Shown here piece by piece: positions 1 to 9,866 of a DNA stretch of 64,000 nucleotides. Each line of letters opens with the position of its first letter. Position 1 is the first letter of the stretch. The DNA is from a virus (taxonomy: Duplodnaviria; Caudoviricetes). The translations under genes and the position numbers were made by a program. The notes under the pieces were generated by a model. It was not told the origin of the DNA and ran no database searches. It saw only the letters and a program-made list of their open reading frames with translations. Location: positions 32,001-96,000 of the IMG/VR virus record IMGVR_UViG_3300028887_000079; one strand, written 5' to 3'.

Positions 1-13
1 GAGGACGCATAGT

Positions 14-277
14 ATGCACCCGGTAGTTATCATCCCGAAAATTTGCGCAGACGAAACCCTGCACGATCTCGCCATCACCAATTTCATCGCCGACATGATC
101 GCGCGTATGGAAGACAGCCGCTCCGAATTCAACCCCGCCAACTTCCGCCTTTATAAGGAATGCGGCAACCTGATGGTGTCCGTGCGCAACGTTCAGCGCT
201 GCCTTGAAGGCTACAACTATGCGTATCAGGTTAAGCAGGTGATGGACGCTGTCACCGAAGCGGGGTTCTTCGAATGA
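14..277 (+). CDS. hypothetical protein
   Basis: ORF with GAGG RBS; first of a tightly packed + strand run. Confidence 0.7.
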   Translation: MHPVVIIPKICADETLHDLAITNFIADMIARMEDSRSEFNPANFRLYKECGNLMVSVRNVQRCLEGYNYAYQVKQVMDAVTEAGFFE

Positions 278-387
278 CCGGCGCCCGCACCCTGAAACGC
301 AAAATCCTTGTCGGACTCGGCTATGCAGGCGCCACCGCTGTCCTGCTTGCCGCATACGGCTTTGCCGGATGGCTTGAACATTTGTAG
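274..387 (+). CDS. small membrane protein (37 aa)
   Basis: ATGA overlap with upstream stop; MTGARTLKRKILVGLGYAGATAVLLAAYGFAGWLEHL has one hydrophobic segment. Confidence 0.55.
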   Translation: MTGARTLKRKILVGLGYAGATAVLLAAYGFAGWLEHL

Positions 388-395
388 AGGTTATT

Positions 396-899
396 ATGCT
401 GACGGATCTTACAAAAATTGATTGGGAAGACATCATTAAGCAGGAGGCGCCCGCCGTCAAGGAGGACGTGCTGAAGACCGCTTCGGAGCGTAACGGACAT
501 GAAAAGCCGGGCGCCCGCCTTGCATACTTCTGCACGATGGGAGTTGAATGCGCCAAGGCTGGCAAGCGCACCCTCCTCATTTCGCTGGATTATCCGGTCG
601 GGATGGTTATGCGCAAGCTGTTCTCCATTTGCCTCAATGAGCCCTTCCCGCCCGGATCCGAGGCAACGCCGGAAAAGATCGAAGCGGTCCGCAATGTTGT
701 CGGCGATCGCATTCTCATCTTCACCCCGCCGGTCCCCGGTTTCTCGCTGAAGGCATTGAATGAAATTCTTCTCCGCCACCCTAAAACGGATATCGTGGTA
801 TTCGACAACATCATGATAGTCAACCGCACAACCAATAAAATCAGCAGCAAGGACTTGCGTGACATCGCCGTCAAGCATAAGGTAGCAGTCGTAACGTAG
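396..899 (+). CDS. degenerate/truncated DnaB-like (RecA-fold) protein
   Basis: TLLISLDY, DIVVFDN and LRDIAVKHKVAVV resemble DnaB H1a/H2/H3 motifs; Walker A GKT absent. Confidence 0.55.
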   Translation: MLTDLTKIDWEDIIKQEAPAVKEDVLKTASERNGHEKPGARLAYFCTMGVECAKAGKRTLLISLDYPVGMVMRKLFSICLNEPFPPGSEATPEKIEAVRNVVGDRILIFTPPVPGFSLKALNEILLRHPKTDIVVFDNIMIVNRTTNKISSKDLRDIAVKHKVAVVT

Positions 900-909
900 G
901 AGGCACCAA

Positions 910-1158
910 ATGAAAATTCGCATCACAAAGAAGTCCAACAAAAAGGACGTTGGCATCATCAACTTGGATTGTGCAGCAGCGGTCCACATTAAGCCGCGTG
1001 TGGGGCTTGAAGTATTTATCTCGCCCGGCGCACAGCCTGCCATATTCCCGCGCAAGGTCTACAAGTTCGAATATGTAGAAGTAAGCGGAAGTGGCGCCGT
1101 TGCCTATCTCGAAAAGCCGCTGGACTGGATCCTTGAAAAGTATGGAAAGGGGTTGTGA
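910..1158 (+). CDS. hypothetical protein
   Basis: AGGAGG RBS, operon packing. Confidence 0.7.
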   Translation: MKIRITKKSNKKDVGIINLDCAAAVHIKPRVGLEVFISPGAQPAIFPRKVYKFEYVEVSGSGAVAYLEKPLDWILEKYGKGL

Positions 1159-1364
1159 TGACTTGCTTTGCAATCTTTCCTCGTGTTGTTAAGGTGCTTG
1201 AAATCCGGCACGACCCTTTCGGTTATCGCCCGCTACGCAAAAGGGTGATCGGGAAAAAGCTGCATGTCGGCACATACTACGTGGCGGAGCATTCCAAAAC
1301 ACCGGGCCTTGAAGTAGGCGACCTTTTCATTATCAAAGAACATTTTGAAACCTGTCTCCGATGA
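1155..1364 (+). CDS. hypothetical protein
   Basis: overlaps upstream stop. Confidence 0.55.
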   Translation: MMTCFAIFPRVVKVLEIRHDPFGYRPLRKRVIGKKLHVGTYYVAEHSKTPGLEVGDLFIIKEHFETCLR

Positions 1365-1371
1365 GGTTTAT

Positions 1372-1944
1372 ATGGCAGTCGAAAAAGAAGAAACCCTTTA
1401 TGTTGGAATGATGCGCGACAAGTATGAACTTCTCCGCGAAGGTTCCCTTCAGTGCAATGACAACGCGCAAAAGTTCCTTTATTTCGCAGCGCTGCCAAAA
1501 TCCAAGAGCGATGGGTGGCACACGAACAAAAGCGAGTGGACATTCAAGCCCAATGGCAGGCGCCTCGTTGCCTATCAGGCGCCCCACACGATTTACGGAT
1601 TCCCCGTAATTGAAATTGACGAGGAGCGCTCCGTTGAAAAGCGCTATGAAATCGAATGTATGGAAGCCCGCAAAATCCCGCGCAATGCGTGGTGGTCGGA
1701 CACAACATTCACCCCGGACAAAGAACTCACTTACGTGTTCTTGGAAGAACTCCCGAAATTCGTTCCGGAATACGGGACGATGGGCTGGAAGCTCAAGCGC
1801 GAAACCGATTTCGATCGTATAATTTATAGGCTCGAAGAAAACTTTGAGCCCGCGGCGGAGCGCGAGCAACGCCATCGTAACAACGCCCCGCATGACAACG
1901 GGGACTACTTTACCGGAATCGGACTAGGACACGGAGATGACTAA
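1372..1944 (+). CDS. hypothetical protein
   Basis: GAGG RBS before ATG 1372. Confidence 0.7.
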   Translation: MAVEKEETLYVGMMRDKYELLREGSLQCNDNAQKFLYFAALPKSKSDGWHTNKSEWTFKPNGRRLVAYQAPHTIYGFPVIEIDEERSVEKRYEIECMEARKIPRNAWWSDTTFTPDKELTYVFLEELPKFVPEYGTMGWKLKRETDFDRIIYRLEENFEPAAEREQRHRNNAPHDNGDYFTGIGLGHGDD

Positions 1945-2203
1945 AAAAGAAAAACAATCCAAATCGGCGGCGAAGCTCGTAATCGCGATCGTTGCCGCCA
2001 TTCTTATCTCGGTTGGCATTGTCGGTATCTATGTCGGAATGTGCACCGCTATGGTTTCGAATCTTGTCGGCGCCTGCATCGCCTTGCTTGGGGTGATCTT
2101 GTGCCTGATTGGCGGTGGATTGCTCATCGTTACGTTTGCCACCCAGCTTGATGATGATACCGATGGTCCGCACTTCTATGGGCCGGGAGGAACGATTATA
2201 TGA
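1937..2203 (+). CDS. hypothetical membrane protein (2 TM)
   Basis: two long hydrophobic stretches. Confidence 0.7.
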   Translation: MTKKEKQSKSAAKLVIAIVAAILISVGIVGIYVGMCTAMVSNLVGACIALLGVILCLIGGGLLIVTFATQLDDDTDGPHFYGPGGTII

Positions 2204-2505
2204 AAAATGGGTTGACCGCGTATGAGTCCAAGCTGGTGGTTCGTGCCGCGGGCATTATGAGCGGACTCAATATGCCGGTGAAAAGCACCTGCTGGAGCAC
2301 CCGGGCGGTAACGAAAGAACGCGCCTATGTGATCACCTTCTACAATACGAATCCGGATGTGTTGGAAAAGGCCGCAACCGGTATGAAACGCGCTTTTCGC
2401 CGGGCCTGCGTATTGCACGGAAAACAGAGCCTTCACCCCGGCGAATTGCCGACCCAATTCATCATTTTGACGCTGAATGAGGCCCACCACAAGAAATGCG
2501 CATAA
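2200..2505 (+). CDS. hypothetical protein
   Basis: GGAGG RBS, ATGA overlap. Confidence 0.65.
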   Translation: MKNGLTAYESKLVVRAAGIMSGLNMPVKSTCWSTRAVTKERAYVITFYNTNPDVLEKAATGMKRAFRRACVLHGKQSLHPGELPTQFIILTLNEAHHKKCA

Positions 2506-2590
2506 ACGGCGATTTAAGGCGATAAAAAGTTTAGGCAGGTAAATACCTGCCTTTTTAATTTGACGCGCTTATACGCTCAGTAAACGCGCA
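2497..2590. repeat. ~93-bp quasi-palindromic element, copy 1 (central hairpin, probable bidirectional terminator)
   Basis: TGCGCATAAACGGCGATTTAAGGCGATAAAAAG...AGGCAGGTA AA TACCTGCCT...; lies between convergent genes. Confidence 0.8.
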
Positions 2591-3079
2591 TTACTTAGGA
2601 ATCCAAATCGTTGTGACCTTGCCGATGTTACAGCGGCACCAATCGTCTTCGCTAGGAGGTCCATACCACGAATCGTCAATCCCCACAGCGGTTTCAATGA
2701 GCCACGCCTTGAACTTGCTATAACCCGCCTGATCGCGGAGGAATAGGCGAAGGAACCGGTTGGTATCCTGAAAGTTGAGACTATCGCCGTATGCCAGCAA
2801 ATCGTGGAACAGCCAGCCCGCCCTTTCATCTTCAGTGCCGAGATTGGGCACGATGCGATCAATAAGCGGAGGACCACTTCTTCCATCAAACATGAAGCCT
2901 GCCTCGGAGCGGGCAAGCAGGCGCCCGGTATCACACTCGGCAATCATGTAGACCGGATGCTCCAGCAAATACCGGCGCTTCCATTTCTTGGATTCAATCA
3001 GGTTGTTGAGGTCTTCCCGGCCCTTATCGTAGTCGGCGCCCCGCACGAATGAATAAGAATAAACAGCGTTCATAAGCAC
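2591..3079 (-). CDS. DUF1353-like phage protein
   Basis: GFMFDGRSGP...FHDLL motif pattern. Confidence 0.6.
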   Translation of the reverse strand: MLMNAVYSYSFVRGADYDKGREDLNNLIESKKWKRRYLLEHPVYMIAECDTGRLLARSEAGFMFDGRSGPPLIDRIVPNLGTEDERAGWLFHDLLAYGDSLNFQDTNRFLRLFLRDQAGYSKFKAWLIETAVGIDDSWYGPPSEDDWCRCNIGKVTTIWIPK

Positions 3080-3495
3080 TAGTCCTCATCTGTTTCCTTC
3101 TTTTTCTCTTTGCGATCGCTGCGGTCTTTCAGGACCGCTACATTCTCGGACATAGCATTGATCTTCTCATAGATCTTGCTTAATTCTTCCTTGAATTCGT
3201 TTTTGATTGAATTGTCGGCGCTTTCGAGTTTTTCGAGCCGTGTGGTCACTTTAGAAAGTGCCTCGTCCATCCGCTTTGTGATGGCATCCGCAACGGAACC
3301 CATCTCGGTTTCAAATTTCCCTTCAAGTTCTTTCTTGGTGGCGGCCAACGAATCGGAGAGCGCCTTCTTTTCAATTTCGAGCGATGAGACACGCTTGGTC
3401 AAATCGCGAATAACGAAAATCAAAATCACGGCGACAACGACCGCAGGCCAACCAAGAAGTTTTCCAAGATCCATCAAATAGGGTATCAATTCCAT
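3079..3495 (-). CDS. N-terminally anchored coiled-coil protein (holin-like?)
   Basis: single TM segment then coiled coil; follows the tail fibre gene. Confidence 0.5.
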   Translation of the reverse strand: MELIPYLMDLGKLLGWPAVVVAVILIFVIRDLTKRVSSLEIEKKALSDSLAATKKELEGKFETEMGSVADAITKRMDEALSKVTTRLEKLESADNSIKNEFKEELSKIYEKINAMSENVAVLKDRSDRKEKKKETDED

Positions 3496-3504
3496 AACCA
3501 ACTC

Positions 3505-5859
3505 CTAGAACAAATAAGTGTTGCCATCCGTGTCCGTAATCAGGCAGACCGGGCGGCCGCCAGCGGACACCACCTCGTTTGAAGCGGACTGCGCCGGATT
3601 GTAGAGGTCGCCCATGAGGAGCAAGGTCTTGTCGGATGCATCCTGAGGTGCAGTGAACTCGATGATGTCAGTGCCTGCAACGGTGCTCTCAAGACCGCCA
3701 ACCGCCGGAACCCAGTAATTGGTATTCGCAAGCAAGGTGACCGCAGTGGTCAACTCATATTCATGAATGTAATGAGTTCCATCAATTGTGTCGCCATCAT
3801 TATCGCCTCGGGAAATGGTGCTGGTTCCACTGCCGTGCGAGACAATGGCCTGATATGTGGAGCCATCCATAATCAACGGGATCGGGGATCCGCTCCAACC
3901 GGAGTTCGGTCCGGCGTAGAGATGTGTATCCACAAAGGCAATCTTCTTGACAGAAACATCAACCGCCGGGGTAATGCGCTGCATCACCATTGTGTTGCCT
4001 ATATTGCTAATGTGATCGCCCACGAAGATTTGGCCGAGATTGCGGGAAGACCCAAGCGTGTAGGAATCGTAGTTGCGGAACGGAGATCCGGGCGGCTCAG
4101 GCGGTTCTTCTTCTTCGCGGTTGCTAATCAGCATAAAGAGACGAGGCTGTTCCATTGCTTCGCTATGATCGCGGAACCACGCGTTTTCAAGGGTCGAGGC
4201 GTTTCCGCTCCAGTCCGTTCGCGGAGTATCCGCCGCAGTGGGATCCAAAGACAGATTTTCCTGGCGCATTGAAATTGCCGGAAGACATGCCGAATTATTC
4301 GGATTCGTATAGGCAGGCGCTCCCGCCAAATTGATGCCGCTGGCAGGCTGCCCACTATCGTTGTGGTATGCGATGACGGCATAATACCAACGAGAGCTTT
4401 CGAGTCTACGCGGTTCCCCATTGACGCCCGGTCGGATGTATTTCAACGGGAAGTGATTTACGCCGGGCGTAAGATGGACCGGACCGGTATCGGCGATCCA
4501 AACAGTTGAATCATAGTATTCGTAAATGCCAAAACATACGTCACCGGAATACGCGGTATCGCTGCAATACACGGTTATGTGTGTGGGGTAGTCGCCATCG
4601 TTGCGGAGTTCCTGAGCGACCGGCACAAGGAACAGCTGGCCGACCATATCGGCGTTCCCGGTTTTATACTTGTCTTTGAAATCAAAGAATCCCGTAATCT
4701 GTGCATACGGGAATGTGGACGTGATCTTGTGGTCCATATCGTGAAGAAGGTTGACCATTTCATCGGTCACATCAATGACTTCTTCTTTAATGACAATCTC
4801 GCCGTTGATAACTTCAAGGCCGTTGCCAACCTTCGCCACAAGGAATCCGTTTTCATCAATATCAAGGCCATCGCCATATCTCACGGAGATAACGCGGTCG
4901 ACAATGCTAATGGCATCGCCTTCCCCATACCCCTCGGAACCCATACTTCCACCTTCCGGGGCAAAGAGTTCGCCTTCCACCCCATTGATGGAAAAGTCGG
5001 CAATCTTCACGCCGTGGTCGTAAATCGGAGTGATTTCAACATCACAGGGCGCCTCGCTGCTGTCCGGGATGTAAAGTTCCCCGGACTGGCCATTGATTTT
5101 GAAGTCGGCAATCTTGAGGCCGCGTTCATAAATCGGCGTGAAGGAATCATCGCTGCTATTGTCCGGGATGAAGAGTTCGCCTTCCACCCCGTTGATTTTG
5201 AAGTCGGCGATCTTGATGCCACGTTCATAAATCGGTTCCAGCGCATCATCACAACTGTTGTCCGGAATGAAGAGCGCACCGGACTGACCATTGATTTTGA
5301 AATCCGCGATCTTAATACCGCGATTATAAATCGGGTCGATCTCATCATCGCGGCTGTCATCCGGAATGAAGAGGGCGCCGGCTTCACTGTTGATGGAAAA
5401 GTCAGCAATCTTCTTGCCTTTGTCGAAGGCGGGCGTAATGGCGACTTGGTCACCGAGATCCTTGCTGCCGCTTTCCCACGTTCCTTCAAGGCGCTTACAG
5501 ATGGCCCAATAGTATTTTCCCTTCCAAATACCGCCGAAGCGAAAATCGCCGGGACCGAGCCACTCCGGATACAGATAGATGGAACCCTGGCCTTGAGATT
5601 GCGTCAAGACCGGAATTGCGCCACCGGCGTGCCCATTGTCATCGCCGAAAACAATTCCCCAAAGTTGCCCGTAATTTTTACTTGAATCGACTACTACAAT
5701 CTTGGAGAGCGGGACAAGTTTTCCATCTCCGTTCTTGATATACAAAACATTGTCATCGGAGCACCAACCTGCTTCATTCTCAAGCAGGCGGCTCTTGAGT
5801 TCGGCAAAAGTGCCTTTGTTCTCAAGTTGCTTCGCGGGGATGTGGGTTTCTCCAGCCAT
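3505..5859 (-). CDS. putative tail fibre / receptor-binding protein
   Basis: N-terminal GEAGW-type fibre motif (ENEAGWCSD), five 33-aa repeats, GDGL-type repeats, beta-rich C-terminus. Confidence 0.65.
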   Translation of the reverse strand: MAGETHIPAKQLENKGTFAELKSRLLENEAGWCSDDNVLYIKNGDGKLVPLSKIVVVDSSKNYGQLWGIVFGDDNGHAGGAIPVLTQSQGQGSIYLYPEWLGPGDFRFGGIWKGKYYWAICKRLEGTWESGSKDLGDQVAITPAFDKGKKIADFSINSEAGALFIPDDSRDDEIDPIYNRGIKIADFKINGQSGALFIPDNSCDDALEPIYERGIKIADFKINGVEGELFIPDNSSDDSFTPIYERGLKIADFKINGQSGELYIPDSSEAPCDVEITPIYDHGVKIADFSINGVEGELFAPEGGSMGSEGYGEGDAISIVDRVISVRYGDGLDIDENGFLVAKVGNGLEVINGEIVIKEEVIDVTDEMVNLLHDMDHKITSTFPYAQITGFFDFKDKYKTGNADMVGQLFLVPVAQELRNDGDYPTHITVYCSDTAYSGDVCFGIYEYYDSTVWIADTGPVHLTPGVNHFPLKYIRPGVNGEPRRLESSRWYYAVIAYHNDSGQPASGINLAGAPAYTNPNNSACLPAISMRQENLSLDPTAADTPRTDWSGNASTLENAWFRDHSEAMEQPRLFMLISNREEEEPPEPPGSPFRNYDSYTLGSSRNLGQIFVGDHISNIGNTMVMQRITPAVDVSVKKIAFVDTHLYAGPNSGWSGSPIPLIMDGSTYQAIVSHGSGTSTISRGDNDGDTIDGTHYIHEYELTTAVTLLANTNYWVPAVGGLESTVAGTDIIEFTAPQDASDKTLLLMGDLYNPAQSASNEVVSAGGRPVCLITDTDGNTYLF
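4957..5451 (-). repeat. 5 x ~99-nt coding tandem repeat (PIYxRGxKIADFxING..G.LFIPD)
   Basis: directly visible in protein and DNA. Confidence 0.9.
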
Positions 5860-5927
5860 ACTTCATGCCTCGGATATAATGCTTTTTTCATATCAAAAAT
5901 ACATTATATTCAGGCAAAAGAACACGG

Positions 5928-8384
5928 CTACCAATTTTGGGTTGCAGTAACCAATTCATCCCTCAGGTTGTAAACCGTATCGATGGCATCCTTCAAGCGC
6001 GAGGCGAATTCATTCATTGCCTTGAACTCCATCCGGACATTTTGCCCATCATCACCGGGAAGCTGCCCAATGAAGTGGGCGCCATTATCCGGACCATCCG
6101 CGACAATGCCAAATTGATTGAGCAGGTCATCCAGCTCGGCACGGCGCTTGCCGCCATCGCCACACAGCGGGGTGAGCGAATCCGCAAGCAGCCACAACTC
6201 GTGGATCAAATCCATCACGGACCACTTTTCCGGGTCTACATATTTGGGCCAGCGCGGGATGGCGTTGGTCGCCAAACTATACATGTATTGGACGCCGTCC
6301 GGACTTTCCGCGTCCACGCGCTGCAGGCTTGCAAGACTTGGGAAGTCCACCCCAAATGCCTGCGAGGGTGGCGGGACGACATACACGGAACACGTTTCGC
6401 TCGGGAAGATATGCACAGTGTAACTTTCGGATCCGCGACTCATTGTTTCTTTGTGGACCGCCTTACTTGTCGCAATGTATTTCAAAACACCAACACGGAT
6501 AATGTTGTCCGCGAAAATTATTTCGGACGGCTCATTTTCGTTGTAATAGACGTGGTAGGAATTCTTGATGCGTTTGTATTTTTTGCGGAACGATTCGTAT
6601 GGGACAACTTCATAGTTCCACGGATACAGACCTTTGAGATCGCCGTAAACGCCGATTGCGGCGAACATCGGTTGGCGCCCTCGATCAATCTTGCGGCCGA
6701 TTTCCGCGTCCACATCAATCTCCATCGAAAGCGTATTCGTTGCCGCCGTGTAGAGCGGGGCAGCCGGATTCTTGGCAAGATACTCCGCCACATACTCATA
6801 AATCTCGGACAAGTGCCCGCTTGCCTTATTCGTGTAGAACGCATACGGCATCCCGAGTTCCGGATCATCCTTTTCATAGGTGTCCAGCAACGCGGTCATC
6901 TCTTCGGTAGGCGCCTCCTCCTGAATCTTCTTGAGGAACTCGACTAGGTAACCCAACGGCGGGCTTTGCCAAGCAGCCGAAGCGTAAGGGCGCCCCCAAT
7001 CGCCAACCAAATCGTCATTGTAAGGCGTAGGGAATTGCTCGTTATACGCTCTACTAAGCGCGTTTATTGCATCGCAAAATGCGGTAAACTCCGGAAGGGA
7101 AGTTGCCACATCTTCACAAATGTTGTAGGCAGCACTAACTTCAGGCGGAATGTGCGTGATAATGCCGTGCCCGGAATACGTCCAGCTTCCAATAAATTCA
7201 GCGGCGCCCTCCTGATTTTCCGCCAAAAGGGTATCGCGCTTCTCCGTGGTCTCGGGGTCCTCCATTTTAGTCAACAATGCGGCAAATGCGGCATCGACCT
7301 TTGTGAAGGCTTCCATCAGCGGATCATCATACAAGGTGACCGGGAAACTTTCGTTCTTTTGGACATACAGCTGAGAAAAAGTATGTCCAACGCGAAGCGG
7401 AGTGCCAAGCGGGTGATTGTGCTTGCGCCTGCCGAATCCGGCGGTGAAGGCGCCTCCGGTCAATTTGCTGGAAGCCGCCGACAACAATTCATTCACGCTT
7501 GTCGCGTTGGTATAGTTGCTGCGCCAATACTTGTATGCCTTTTGGAACGCTGCGCGAGATTTAGGCGTAAGCACATCCCAAGTGGTCGGATCGTCATAGC
7601 TGAAATGACTGGCGATCTTCTGCGCCGAGTTGTGTTCGTAGTCGAATACCGGAATCGGCATCGGGGCAAAGTTATCGGACCCCGGTATGGGGTTGTATCT
7701 GTCAAGGCCGCTGTTGCTGCTGTCCGGGAACTGGCCGTTGTCTTCCGGCTTGTAGAAGTATGCGCAAGTAACCTGAGGGCAAATGCTGTCCGTCAACGGC
7801 AGCCAAATTTCCTTCGCATAAAGCCAGCCCCAAAATTGAGTGAGTTGCGTGATGTATGATTCATAGCGCATGAGCCCATTCGTCATAGAAAGGAGCGCAT
7901 ATATTGTCCCCTTGATGGCGCCTTTGAGATTCGACATCAAGTCGGCACCGATCGAGGCGCCTTGGGAAGACAGCGTTGCCAAGGTATCCCAAAGCACCCA
8001 GTAATTCGCTTCGCCTACATAACGGCGGAGGATGGGGTTGGAATCAAGCAGGTCAAACGCATCCCGCGCAATATCAAGATTCATTCCGGCGGAGAAGTCG
8101 GCGCCGGCGTCATTCAGGTTCTTGAGGATTTCCTGATACTTGTCCGCGATCTCCTTGCATTTCTTTTCCAGCTTAGAGACCATCTTGTCCATCTTTTCAA
8201 GGACATCCGCCTTGCCTCGAATAACAAACTTCAAGGCATCGAACATCGTATCATAGACGTTGCACGCGGTATCAATGGCAGCACCCACAAACTTGTCGTT
8301 GCGGTGGTCCTCTTGCATTGACTGGTCGTCAACATATTTTTCATTAGGGGCGCTGTCCCCGAAAAGGCTTCCAAGAAAACTCAT
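5928..8384 (-). CDS. large hypothetical protein (probably structural)
   Basis: 818-aa ORF in the late-gene region. Confidence 0.6.
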   Translation of the reverse strand: MSFLGSLFGDSAPNEKYVDDQSMQEDHRNDKFVGAAIDTACNVYDTMFDALKFVIRGKADVLEKMDKMVSKLEKKCKEIADKYQEILKNLNDAGADFSAGMNLDIARDAFDLLDSNPILRRYVGEANYWVLWDTLATLSSQGASIGADLMSNLKGAIKGTIYALLSMTNGLMRYESYITQLTQFWGWLYAKEIWLPLTDSICPQVTCAYFYKPEDNGQFPDSSNSGLDRYNPIPGSDNFAPMPIPVFDYEHNSAQKIASHFSYDDPTTWDVLTPKSRAAFQKAYKYWRSNYTNATSVNELLSAASSKLTGGAFTAGFGRRKHNHPLGTPLRVGHTFSQLYVQKNESFPVTLYDDPLMEAFTKVDAAFAALLTKMEDPETTEKRDTLLAENQEGAAEFIGSWTYSGHGIITHIPPEVSAAYNICEDVATSLPEFTAFCDAINALSRAYNEQFPTPYNDDLVGDWGRPYASAAWQSPPLGYLVEFLKKIQEEAPTEEMTALLDTYEKDDPELGMPYAFYTNKASGHLSEIYEYVAEYLAKNPAAPLYTAATNTLSMEIDVDAEIGRKIDRGRQPMFAAIGVYGDLKGLYPWNYEVVPYESFRKKYKRIKNSYHVYYNENEPSEIIFADNIIRVGVLKYIATSKAVHKETMSRGSESYTVHIFPSETCSVYVVPPPSQAFGVDFPSLASLQRVDAESPDGVQYMYSLATNAIPRWPKYVDPEKWSVMDLIHELWLLADSLTPLCGDGGKRRAELDDLLNQFGIVADGPDNGAHFIGQLPGDDGQNVRMEFKAMNEFASRLKDAIDTVYNLRDELVTATQNW

Positions 8385-8827
8385 CGATGCATATCTCCAC
8401 GGCGCATAAGGAATGAAATATAGCCGTAAATGTGCTTACAGCAGGTCACGATGTTTTCCGGATTCGCCTTACGCCCGGTCTTTGACGGCTTCTTGGTATA
8501 ACGCGTATAGAGCGAAGCGCCCATCGAATTGAGAAGTTCGTTGTTGCGATATACATAGGTCGGGCAGTTACAATCGACCTTGCACGGGCTGGCGAGCGTA
8601 TAGGCGCCGTTGCGATCCTTGCCGAGCTTGATGATTACCGGATGAATGCCGCCCGTTGCGGAGCGGATCGTTGCGGTGAAGGTCTTGGCGGTTTGGTCCT
8701 TGTCTTCGGTGGCATCCGATTTGACAACATTGCAATCAACCTTCGAATCATACAACTTGTTATAGTTGTTCAAAAGTCCGCCGAGAGTGAGTCTCGAAGT
8801 TACGCCTTCATTCAGCTGCATAATCAT
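8381..8827 (-). CDS. SWIM-type zinc-finger protein
   Basis: CxC (DCNCP) ... CKH motif. Confidence 0.55.
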   Translation of the reverse strand: MIMQLNEGVTSRLTLGGLLNNYNKLYDSKVDCNVVKSDATEDKDQTAKTFTATIRSATGGIHPVIIKLGKDRNGAYTLASPCKVDCNCPTYVYRNNELLNSMGASLYTRYTKKPSKTGRKANPENIVTCCKHIYGYISFLMRRGDMHR

Positions 8828-9687
8828 TCTCCTTTTTGCACATAGCCTTCTTTGGTGTAGTAATAGCCATCGCGCTCAAACGTGTAGTGCACCGATTTGT
8901 CGGAATCAAAATATCCGATGATGATGCTGCCGGGGTTCATATAGATGGGGTCGCCCTTGCTTACGAAAACTTCCCCGGACACCTCAGTTCCGGATTCGGT
9001 CCCATCGCCGGTTGGCTTCGGAAGATCCGGCGCCATCACCGGCTTATTCAAAACCGTTGCCACGTCATTCTTGAACGCCTGCCATCCATTAAACGCGGCA
9101 TCATTGTTGCACCACATTGCGGGGCACAGCTTTCCGCTGATGTTGTGGTGCATAATCAGGTTGCCTACGGGGATGCCAAATTCATCAAGAAGCCACGCAC
9201 ACAATTCCACAAGGTTTTCGTAGGTCGCGTTCGGGAAGTAAAAGTCCGTGTCCATATAGGCATTCGGGCGCTTGCTGACCGGGGTGCGCTTTGCAGAACA
9301 TGCCTCGATATTGATGGTGTTATAGTTGCCTGCCAGCTTGAGATGTGTGCAGGCGTATTGACTCGGATGCCCATTTCCATCGGTATAGAACTTGATGTGG
9401 GCATCGGCTGCCTTCGCTGCGCACGCATATTGGCACGAATAGGTTTTCGGATCCACGCATTCATAGATGCCGCCGGCATCAACGATGTAGTGGGCATTTC
9501 CGCGTTCGCTCTTCTTGCGCGAAAGCCAGTCCTTGTATGTTCCTGCTGCGGTGCCGCCATCCCCGCCGGATCCGGTGAAATGGACAACTACAAATTCAGG
9601 GGCGGGAGCAACCTTTCCTCTACCCCATCGGGCAATGTGCCAGTCAATCGAAAATGTGTGCCTGATACTTGGCTTCTTTGCGGTCAT
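8824..9687 (-). CDS. N-acetylmuramoyl-L-alanine amidase (Amidase_2 endolysin)
   Basis: VVVHFTG, AHYIVD, INIE, MHH..SGKLCP Zn-amidase motifs. Confidence 0.85.
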   Translation of the reverse strand: MTAKKPSIRHTFSIDWHIARWGRGKVAPAPEFVVVHFTGSGGDGGTAAGTYKDWLSRKKSERGNAHYIVDAGGIYECVDPKTYSCQYACAAKAADAHIKFYTDGNGHPSQYACTHLKLAGNYNTINIEACSAKRTPVSKRPNAYMDTDFYFPNATYENLVELCAWLLDEFGIPVGNLIMHHNISGKLCPAMWCNNDAAFNGWQAFKNDVATVLNKPVMAPDLPKPTGDGTESGTEVSGEVFVSKGDPIYMNPGSIIIGYFDSDKSVHYTFERDGYYYTKEGYVQKGE

Positions 9688-9866
9688 ATACTCAATATAC
9701 TATTTTTGAGGTTTGTCCGGCGCGTCCTTTATTGGGAAGATGATTGCCTCCTCGTCATCGCGATATAATCGAATGCAGTCGATGGGGAGAAACTCGCCAT
9801 TATGGTAAATGTAAAGAACCGTGTCTTCCGGCATCAGCGCCGTCTTTCTCCGCATCTCGCCTGCTG

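Noticed and set aside
4957-5451. Repeats as a CRISPR array or DGR template/variable pair
   Set aside because: In-frame coding repeats with no unique spacers, no evident adenine-specific variation and no reverse transcriptase in the window
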